This document shows positions 34,701 through 46,700 of a DNA stretch of 60,606 nucleotides, one piece after another (the stretch's first letter is position 1; the number at the start of each line of letters is the position of its first letter). The stretch lies in IMG/VR virus record IMGVR_UViG_3300020473_000031, positions 1 to 60,606 of that record; one strand, written 5' to 3'. The translations under genes and the position numbers were made by a program. This stretch comes from a virus. Taxonomy: Duplodnaviria; Caudoviricetes. A model generated the notes under the pieces. It searched no databases and had not been told where the DNA came from. It worked only from the letters and a program-made list of their open reading frames with translations.

Positions 34701-37700
34701 CTTCTTTCGCAATAAATTCTAAGTTCTTAAGAATTAATTGTCCAGCATTATTGTATCTGTGGCTATTCTTAACAAATCCTTGTTGAATTGCTACACCAAC
34801 ATTAACTGTAATTGTAGTAGCAGTTACTGCAGTAATTGCAATTGCAGTATCATATACAGGGTCAGTTATACGTGGATAAGTATGCTGAGTAGCATTATTA
34901 TCCATTTCACAAGTAAATGTTAATGAATTAGGAGCAATCTTAACAGTATTTGATGTTGTGTAACTATGAGATCCTATAGTTAATACTAAATCTCCTGTTA
35001 AACCATTGTAAGTAGCATCAGTTACATCTTTTTCAATTATACCTTGTTGAATGATAACAGCACCACTTACAGTACCACCAGTATAGGTATGCTTACCAAT
35101 ATAACGTCTAGAAGCTACAATAGGATCATTATTAAAGTATTCCTTATTACTAAATGATTCTCCACCAGACCAATCATCAACAAACTGATCTCCATCAGAA
35201 CTATCAAAGTGTAATAATACCTTAGTATCAACATCACCTTGATGAATACCTGCAGGAGGAGTAAATGCAGCAGTATATCTTGCTACATCAGAAATTCTAA
35301 ACTCATCAATATATCCAGCAAATGAATTAGTTGCTGCATAACTAGATCCAATTCTAATTGGTCTAGCAACATATGTACTACTGTCTGTACCAGATCCTAC
35401 TTCAACTCCATCAAGGAATAATTTAACCGTTGTTCCAGATCTACTTACAGCAATATGATACCAAGTATTATTAGTTGGAATTACAGTAGCACCAGAAGTT
35501 ACAATATCAGAACCATTAACATTGTAACGAATCTGAGCACCATTTAAATAAATTCTACCAGAGATTTCAGGATCAGATGTTCTAGTATCATAAATTTCAG
35601 CAAGACCTGCTAATGCAGCAGTATCTGGTCTGCACCAAAATTCAATAGTATATTCACCTGTACCAAAAGCCATCTCACTTGTAGATGCAACACTAATATA
35701 ATCTCCAGAACCATCTAATTGAAGTGAAGTATCACCAAACTTCTTCTGTGTAGAAGAAATTTTAGCATCATTTGTAAAGTCAAACTCGAAATAATCTTCA
35801 CCATTTGACTTACTTCTACCTATTTTACCTAAGTAAACAATTCCTCTTGCTTGATTATATCCAATAACTTCTGCTTTAGTATCACGAGTTCTAATTATTT
35901 GACCTGCATTAAAGAATCCTTCACCCTCTTTATCATACATTGATATCTTTCTAACTCTACCAGCTTCACCAGCAGTAAATTCTCCAGTATTATTACCATA
36001 TTCTATCTTGTAATTTCTAATATCTTCACCAATTTGTAATGTTCCTACTGCATTAGAGTAAGGAATGATATAGTTACTAACTATCTCATTTGATGGGAAG
36101 TTAGTGTTGTATGCAGTTTCATTATCAGTGAAATCAACAATACTAATCTGAGACTTAGAAATATCATCTATAACTACGTTTGGATAAGATGTAGATGTAA
36201 TTCTGTTGAATAGTAGTCCAAAGAATGAAGATCCAGGAGAAATATCAACCTGACCAATAAACTCTCCAGTAACAGGATCTTGATACACACTAGCAGTTGT
36301 AACTCTAGATACAGTACCAGATTTAGCACCAATAATAACATCATTCAATTGAATATTATAAAGACCTGGTGTAGACTGATATGTACCAGCAGTCTTACTT
36401 AATGTAAGAGCCTCAGTAACGTTAATATCAGTACTATACATTGGAGAACCCTCTTGTTGGGCAGTTGCCTGAGTTCCTAACGTACCCCTAACTACAGTTA
36501 ATGTTGTGGAATCAAATCCATCAACAACTGAGAGTACTTCCATAATTTCAGCACCGATTCTAAATCCATCATTAACTGCCACATCTATGGTTCCAGCAGG
36601 AAGTGGTCCAGTACCATCAACAGGAACTACTTCAAATTCAGTAGTAGAAGGTCCAATAGCATAACGTAAATCACAAACTGGAGATTCAGCACCAGTTTCT
36701 AAGTTAATTTGTTCAACTTTAGCAGTATCACCTTGAAGATTAGTAACTGTTTCTCCGTAAATATACAATCCAATATTAGAAACAGCTGTAATATCAACTA
36801 GATTACCAGAGAATCCAGTTGCAGAAACAGTACATAATTCACCAGGAATGAATGTACCTTCATCCATATATCCACTGATAATAGTACCAGTAACTGAAGT
36901 TACAATCAATCTAGCTTGTGAGCTAGTACCAACAAGACTATTACCAATAAGAGGGTAAATACCACTTTGGTTATTCCATGTTAAATCCCATGTTTGAATT
37001 TGACTAATAGTAAGATTAGCATATTTAACACTAGCAGGTGGTGAAGGTGGTTCAGAGAATACTATAGAATCACCTTGTATTTGGAATGATGTATTTGGAT
37101 TTTGTACAATACCGTTAAGAACGATCATTAACTGGTTTGCATTAGCAACTACAGTTCCACCCTCAACTGTTAATGGGAATGCAATTCTTTCACCATCAAA
37201 TAAGTGATCAATATTATCAACACGTTGAACAACAGAAGTTAGAATATTCTCAGAAGATGTCAATCTCTTTTGACGGAATAAAACTTCAGTATTATTAAAT
37301 TCTGAATAAATTGGCTCAACTAGAGCAAAACTTTGAATATTAGGAACAACTGCTTCTTGAGCAAGTTCAACTGATTTAGTTAACTGGAAGAATGTCTCCT
37401 TATTAGGAATTTGACCATATTCATTTAAGTTTAACTCACCAAACACCTTAAACGATGCAGGGTGAACATTTCTGATTAGAATTTCTTTCCACTCACTAAT
37501 AGAAACAGCAGACTTAACAGCATAAGAGAAGTCCTGATAGTAGTAAGAGTCTTGAATCTTCTGAATGATTTCAGATGGCTTACCAACATCATCAATAAAT
37601 TGACCAGTAGTTTTAGTAATAGAACCAATATCTAAGACACCACGAGCAACTTTAAGATCACTAATAATACCAGAAGACTTAGAAATAACACCAGTTATTC

Positions 37701-40700
37701 TTTCACTCTCTGCAAACACACCATCATGATCAACAATCTTAAGGATTCTAGGTCCAACTTGCCAACCAGAGTTTGTAGAAACATATCCAGTTGCAGTAGC
37801 AACTTCTAAAGATTCTCCTTGATAAACCAATTCACCTTCTAAGAAAGTAGATGTAATAACATTAGCTTCAGCAGCACCACCGAAAGATTCGGTTAATACA
37901 CTCTGACGACCTTCACCAGCATTAACAAATGTAAGTGCGTCACCAAGTTCTGCGTTAGCTTCAGTAATAGCAATTTTTAATTGATCATCTTCTAGTGAAT
38001 TTGCTGAACCAGAAATAGCATAGTAAGTAGTAACTCCATTAAGACGACCAGTAGCACCAGCAGATAGTGGGAAATCAGCTCCATCTCCAGTATCAGTCAC
38101 TGCCAATGAAAGTTCAGCACCATTAGGTATTCCATGAGGATATGCAAATTGTAATAAACCTAAGTCTAAGTTAACAACATAGTTGAAAGAAGATCTTAAA
38201 CTAACTTGTGGTGTAGAAGAATATCCAGCACCAGGATCTTTAACAACAATGTTATCCAATCTACCATTCTTAATAGATGCTTCTGCTTGAGCACCAAATC
38301 CACCACCACCTTGAATTATTACAGTAGGTGCTAATGAATATCCAGAACCTGGATTCGTAACGGTAATACTTTCAAGAATACTTGTAGAAGTTAACTGAGC
38401 ATTTATTGGGAATGTAATCTCAGGACGTAAAGTATAGTCATGAGGATAATCATAACCAAAGTTATTGTTCTTAAGTTTCTTAATCTTACCAACTTTATCA
38501 CCTTTAGTGAAAATAGATGCTTCAGTACCAAAAGGAGGAATAACAACAGTTAATTCTGCACCAGATCCTTGTAATCCAGGTCCAAGAATACCATCAATTG
38601 ATTCAATATCAATATAAGCAGTGGTATATGCTTTACCTGGAGAAGTAACAACTACTTCTTGTATCTGACCTGGAATTGTAATACCATCTTCATCCGATCC
38701 ATCATTAACTAAAATACTAACTAAACCACCTTCACCATCACCTAATATAGGAACAGAATTATAAACACCAACAGCATATTCAGTACCTGGTTCATTAATT
38801 TGAACTCTTTCTATATTTCTTGTTGATTGTATATCTGTAACAATAGGTAATTTGGTATAGAATCCACCAGGATTAACTATACGAACATCTGCGATAGATC
38901 CAACTGCTTTTAGAGAACTTGTACTGTAAGATGCCTGATTTACATTTGCATTTCCTTCGGGTTCATTAGCAAGAAGGAATTTGAATACATCTGCACCTTC
39001 GGTAATAGTTGCACCAGCAGTACTTGAAATTACAAAATTACCCTTATAAGGAGAATCTGTAACATCAAGATAACTACCTGCAATCACAGGAGAATTATCT
39101 CCAGTTCTAGAAGGATCGAAATAATATGAAATATTAGTAACAATATCTGGATCAATTTTTAACTTAACTGTAGGTGTAGGTTGTCCTTGACCAGTTACAC
39201 CTGGAATACCAATTCTTTCAATAGAGTTGAATGAATATTCCAACTTATAAAGATTATCCTTAGAGAATGATAAGTTACCACCAACCATTGAAGAGTGACT
39301 TAGGTCAAACAAATATTGATGACCATTGTACATCTTTAAGACAGGAGATTTAACAAATATATTAACATTAGCTGCTATTGTAGAAGGAGAAGTTACAGCA
39401 GCTTGATTTAACTTATATGTAAATTCTAACGGGCTAATAACACTATCAACTGGGAAAGCACCATCATATTCATCATAGGTAGTTCCACCAGATTCTTGTG
39501 CTGGATTACCATCAACATATATCATTTCGCCATTACTTAAGTAATGACTTGTAGAGGTAATACAGTATACTTCATCTGTATTAGAAACAGAACTAACTTG
39601 AAGAATCTTTGTTAAATTAGCAGTTAAAGTGATCTTAAGAACACCTGCCAAATTGGTAATCTGACATGTACTATAAGAAGTATTAAATGTTATATCACTA
39701 GAAGTAATATCAATAACAGATCCAGGAATATATGTGGATCCACCTGAAACTTCATCTATTCTAATTGAATAGTCATTTACATCAAATTCCTTTAATTTTG
39801 CAAAATCATCTAAATTATTAGTTCCCCCAACATCAGAAGGTGCATCAAAAGTAGAAAGATCTATATCAAATGTTCCTGGAGTTGTGTTATTAATCTCAGT
39901 AAACACATAATTCTTAACTTCATTAACATCATTTGGAAGAGGACCAATAATACCATAACTATCTTGCTCACTGAATTGTTGTGTAATTAATTCACCATTA
40001 TCCAAATCATCAGTCCAAGGATTGTGAATAATAGCAAGATATATTTTATTAGCAGAATTATCCTTTTTAATAATATAACCACTATTAATAAACGTACCGT
40101 TAGGATTTTGAAGTACTAATTTAGCACCAACTGTAAAATCAAATGACTGATTTATAGTAAGTTCTTGTATGTTATTAATAACAACTGTGGATGTAGGTTT
40201 AATATAGTACCTATCATTAACAACAGCAGATACCTTTAATTTTTGAGATCCTGGAGAAGGAACAGTTGAAGTTCTAGCACTCCAAATATCAGCAACATAA
40301 GTTAATGCCTCTGTATCCTGAGACATAGTTGTTGTAGCATCATCAAAGTCTAATGATTGGAAACCTGCTTCTGCTAATTCAAAACCAGTACTACCAATAC
40401 TTAAAGTAGTTCCAGTAACAGGAGCAATATCTGCTCTTGCAAATCCAATCTGTGTATTTGTTTGTAGTCCTTGATCACCTAAACGATCCGAATCAGCATT
40501 TTTATCAATTTTTAAACCAAAACCAATATAATCTTCAGATTCATATCTTCTTGTTTGAGCATCAAACCAAGCAGTATCTGTCCAAGAATAACCAAAACCA
40601 AACTGAGATGCTTGTGGAAGTCCATTTATATCAGCTGGTGAAGTAGGAGTTATTGCTCTATTCTTTAATTTAACATCATCAAGATAGAATTGACCTTGTG

Positions 40701-43700
40701 TATCTTTATCAAAGTCATTAATACCAGCACCAAATCCAGGTCCAACACCAAAGTATAGATCCTTACCAGCAAATGATGTGTTTGATATAGTTCCACTAGC
40801 TACTTGAATACCATTAACAAATGACGAGAATAAATTCCCAGACTTAGTTATTGCTACAGAAATCCAAGTATTATTAAGCATTACAGAAGAAGCACTTGAA
40901 ATAGCGGTAGCATTAACAATTTGAGTTGAACTATTAGCAATTGTTAAATCTAAACCACGACCTGTACCAAATCCCAACCAAAGACCACCAGTAGGATCCT
41001 GAGAACTACCAATCTGACATAAAGTCATTAAATTTTGACTTAAACTAAATGGAAGACCAGAATCTCCATCGATGTATACCATCATCTGAATGGTAAAGTC
41101 TCCATCCAATGTAGTACCCAATTCAGAAGAAGATGCTTTAATATGACCATTTTCCCAAGTAGTTTGAGTATTAGCTGGTACATTACATCCATCAATCTTT
41201 GCTACACCACTCACATAACGTATAGAATTATTAGCACTTTGATCTGTAATAGTGTAATGAGAAGCAAGATCAGTAAGAGGAGATCCACCATCATCAAAAT
41301 CTAAAATAAACTCATTTCTATTCCATTGAGTTTGACCGTAAATGTATACATCACCAGATACATCTACAGCAAGTGCTTTTGCAGTAATACCTTCAACTTG
41401 ATTCTGATTAAACTCATTTGTACTATGCTTCTTCATAGTACCATCATAACCAATCTTAACAGTTCCTACAGTTGTTTTTCTAGTAACTTGATCATCTTTT
41501 GTATATGCAACATTAAGATCACCAAATATATCAATAATAGAATTATCAACCAGAGTTAATTCTCTACCAGTAGCAAGATAACGATAATTCCAAATTATAT
41601 TACCATCAGTATTTAATTTACCTACCCAGAAACTATCTCTAGTAGTATCATCAGACTTAAGTCTGCAAGTTGCAGTAATATAAAATTCATTAAATTCATC
41701 TATTGTTAAACTAGTGTTTATGAAAGAATAAACTGTATTACTTAATTCTTTTATCCAATCTATTGTTATTGCATTAATACCAATCGTTGCTTTACCAAAA
41801 GCTACATTAATATCCTTAGAATCTGGAGCAGAGGCAGTTTCCATAATGAAATAGACACTATCCTCAATGATTATCATATCCGTCATTCTTTCGGATAAAG
41901 TTCCAGATGCAATCTTTCTCTTAACAGCAAAATTACCTGTAGTGTCAATAGATGCTATAAAGGCATCATCAGGGTTTAATGAGTTTGTATTTGTATAACC
42001 ACCAATAACATAACGAATATCAGAGTATTTCTCAAGACAAGTAACATAATCTGCACGATTAGCACCAGATATACCAGCATATCCCTTTTGGAAATCTAGA
42101 GTAGCATCTAATCCATCTTCGGATTGAGTATACTTACATAGAATAATATCTGGATTATAAACATTTAAAAGGTTTGCATTTGGTCTATTATTACCTACAA
42201 CCCATATTTCATCATTAGTAAATGGATTTTTATTGACATATAACTTTTGGAATTCTGTATAATATTGACCATCTGTACTTTCTAATGTTCTTTCCCATTC
42301 TTTAACACCTAAAGCAGAATGCTTAGATATAAATGCAACTGTATTTCCAGTAGCATCTTTTGTTTTACCACAATAGTATGTCTCTTTTTCTTCATTAACA
42401 TAGACATCATTAACAGAAACATAATTATTATTTGATATCGTTGTTACAAAATAATCTGCTTTTTTGAAAATCTGTGGATGACTTAATATAACACGAGGAC
42501 TTGTTGTGTAATCTGATCCAGAATTAATAATATTAACAGTATCAATAGATCCTACAGAACTAACTACTGCTTCTAACTTACCAGCAGTACCATCTCCATC
42601 AATAATAATTGTTGGTGGAATCTCTTCATCATATCCAGAACCAGATTGTTCAATTACAATAGACTCAATACCTTTAATCTGACGAACAACAAAAGTTTTG
42701 TTCGTATTTTGCATTATAGGAGTATAATCTACAAATACTTCATCACCAGTAACTAAATTATGAGGAACATTAGTATCTAAAACACCATAATTCAATCCAT
42801 TAACATTCTCAAAACTATAAGAATCTATAGCTTCACCCTTAATTCTAGAAATACGAGCAGAAACACCAGCTCCATCAGTACCTTCATTATCAAATGTAAG
42901 TATATCATCAACCTGATAGTTCTTACCTGGGTTTTCAATAGTAAATCCAGTTACTGAAGCATCTTCAAACTTAGTTATAGTTTCAACTTCAATATCAACT
43001 TTAGAGTCAAACTTAACTTTAGGGAAGTAATCAAAGAGTTGTAATGGTGACTCCTCAAACATTTGAGCAGGATCTGCGGTTTCATCAGGAGTAATAACAC
43101 CATCACGGTTAACATCTTCCACCTCAAACATCAAAATATCACCATCTTCAGTTGTTAATGCAGCAGTAGAAGCATTTGGTGTTCTTTCAACATCAATATC
43201 AACATTTTCATAAGGATCTCTATATCTTACAACACCAGAAGGTATATTTTGCTGTACAGCACTAGTTGAAAGATTCCAAGTATCAACAACAGAGTTATAA
43301 CTTGGTCCAATAACATATGGGAATAAAGCATTACCATCTTCTGTAGCATCAATAGTTACAAAATAGCAATACCTACCATCTGGATAATCTGGAGTCTTAC
43401 AAAAACGACCATTATATTGATCCAAATCACCTAATCCAAAGACATATTCATAATCTTCAACAAATTTACCTGCAGGATACAAATAATCTCCACTTGTATC
43501 TACATCTGTAAGAAGAGGTCCATCACTTCTAACAGGATATGGATTAGTAGTTGCATCAAATACAAGACTTTCTTGCAATCTATATGAAGTGCTAAGTCTA
43601 ATTACAGCAGATCCTTGGTCAGTTGGATCAGTATATCCATAAGGACCGTAAATTGGATTACCATCAAATGCCCAACCAATAATAGGAGAGTGTGCTAACT

Positions 43701-46700
43701 GGTCTTCTTTTTCTAAAGTTTTACCATAAGCATCTTTATAAAGGTTATCACCTAAAATATATCTCATTCTCTGAGGATTGGATAGGTGAGCATATTCACC
43801 ACCATACTCATTATTATAACCAGTAAATACACCACCTCTTGCATCGTCAAATATAGAAGTAGATTCTAAATTATAAGTCCATTCAAATACATTTGACTCA
43901 AATAAAGCATCTTGACCAACAGAAGTTAGATTAATAACTGTAGTACCCTGAAGATAGTTAATACCTCTGTTAACAATCTCAATTCCAGTTACCCTACCTG
44001 CATTTTCACCATCAACATCAATTGTTGCTCTTGCTATAGCACCAAATCCATCACCTTGAATAGTAACTTCAGGTGCAGTAGTATAACCTTGACCAGCAGA
44101 AATTATAGCAATAGATATAATTCTTCCATTGTTAACAATAGCTTGTGCAACAGCACCACTACCAGAACTTAATGATATATCAGGTTTTGATGTATATGAA
44201 TTACCACCATTAGTAACATTGATTGATTTAATAGGACCACGTACAGAAGCTGTACCTTGTGCTCCAGTACCACCTCCACCAACAATAGTAATAGAAGGTT
44301 GTGAAGTATAACCAGTACCTCCAGTATTGATTAGAATACGTGAAACTTCACCTTTAGTAATAATTGCCGTAGCAGCAGCTCCAGACCCATTACCACCGAC
44401 TATAGATACCAATGGTGAGGTTGTATAACCAGAACCACCTTCTGTAACTGTAATTTCACTAATAGAACCATCAACAGTTACTGCTGCCGTTGCTCCAGTA
44501 CCTCCACCACCAGATACCGTAATTGCTGGAGGAGAAGCAGCATCATAATCTTTACCTGAATTTAATATATTAATACTCGTTACAGCACCAAATGTCTTGC
44601 TTAAATCTGACTTATAAGACCATATAGAGACACCATTAACCCATGTACCAATAGGACCAGGCTTAATAAGGTCTTTAGTTGAAATTGTTTGTGCAAGTTT
44701 AGGGAACCTATTTAACTTACGCTGGTTACCTGGAAGAAGTGCAGATCCTGGGAAAGGACCAATTTCATAGTTTGGAATACCTGTAGAAGCAACATATACA
44801 TAATCATCATTAAAGAATGAGTTCTGTACGTTTGTAGTATAAGGACTAATAGCATTAAAAATAGCACTATTAAGAGATTTACCTTTATTAAGGTCAATAG
44901 ATACAAGAATATTACCTTGTGGTTCAACAGTAGCAGGTTGTACTAAATTATATTGGAAAACATACTCACCATCTCTAGATGTTACAAGGAAAGATCCGTT
45001 ATAGATGATTGGGTTAGCACCATAAATTGTAACCTGATCCCCAACCAATAGACCATGAGGATTAGCACAAGTTACAGTAGCAGATTGATTGTTAACACCA
45101 CCATAAGTGATAGATGTAACTTCAATTAATTTTTTAACGTTATATAACCAAGTTGTCAAATCTGGACCAATACCAGTACCACCCAACTTAGAAACTGTTA
45201 ATTTATCACCAGGAAGATAGTAAGATCCAGTATCAGTTAAAGTTGTTTGTTGAGCATCAACGATACCAACAATATTCATCACAACTTCTTGAAGAGTACC
45301 CTTATTAATGTAAATTCTAAAATTAGACTTTACTTCAGTAGCAGAATCCCAATCTTCTACAACACCATTAACAGAACGAGTACATTCAATAAACTGGTTT
45401 AATGATTTTTCCTTATATTGTACAACCTCACTATCACCAATAACAAACTCACCATTTCTTTCTGGCCAACCAATAGTAGAGTCAACTGTAATAATACTAT
45501 CAGTTTCGTTTAAAGGCTCACCTAATCTCGTCTTATAAGGTACAGTAAAAGTACCATTAATCGTTTCTTCAGATAAAACAAGTTCAAAAATCTCTAATTC
45601 AGAGGTTTTAATAGAAATAAAATTCTCTACAAGAGCACTTGCTGCTTGAACATTAGGATCAGCAATATCAGCTTCTTGAACTATAAGTCCATCTTTAATA
45701 TCACGAGGATCACCACTAACTAAAGATGCACGAAGAATGGTGTCAATAGACCAAGTAGCGTTGGATGGCTTAATAATTTGATCTTTTGGATAAGAAATAC
45801 TTACAGTTTCACCATATAATAACTTAAAGAGATACGCAATACTAAAAGATGTACCCTTAGATGAATAAAAATCTTTAATTGATTTTATAGCATTTCTTAC
45901 ATCAATCTTTGTATAATCTAGACTTGGAACATCTGGAAGGAATTGTTCTGTATATTTGTCAAGAAGTCTCTTAACAAAGAGTTGATCCAAGCATTTTACT
46001 GGAGTATTAACCTCTGCAGATGTTGCAGTAGTGTTATTCGTGAAAACTGCGTTACCATCTTCAGTATATGCAGTAATACCACTTGCTGCTCTAGCACAAC
46101 CTTCAAATTGTGCCTTTGTATACTTACTACCATTCTGATTTACTGTAAATCCAGTAACTTGATTTAATCCCACATTTGCAGATGCTTCTGCAGATGGTGG
46201 AGACTGAATGAATATTGTTGGTGGATTAGCAGAACTATAGTCTCTACCAAAATTAACAATATTAATATCAATGATTCTACCATTGAATATTGATGCTACT
46301 GCAGTAGCTCCACTACCACCAGCATATGCTCCAGTTCCATCTGTTCTATCATCTAAGATGTATACAGAAGGAACATCATCATATCCACTACCACCACTCA
46401 ATAATTCAATAGAAACAACTCTTCCATCACCATCAACCTTAGTTTCTAATACTTGAGCACCTATAGGATCTATTATTGCAATTCTAGGAACAGTTTCATA
46501 TCCCTGACCAGAATTCAAAATATTAATACTCTGAACTTGACCATCTACCATTACTGCCTGTAATGAAGCTTTAATACCATCTTCACCTGTTGGTTCATCA
46601 ACATATATTTCAGGAACAGTTGTATATCCAAATCCCTTCTCTAAAACTTCAATAGTTCCACTAATAGAACCCCCAATCATCGTTGGAGTGCCTATTTTTG

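Noticed and set aside
26752-35091. CRISPR array or transposon as the source of the repeats
   Set aside because: The repeats are degenerate, in-frame and protein-level, with no constant repeat-spacer pattern, terminal inverted repeats or transposase.
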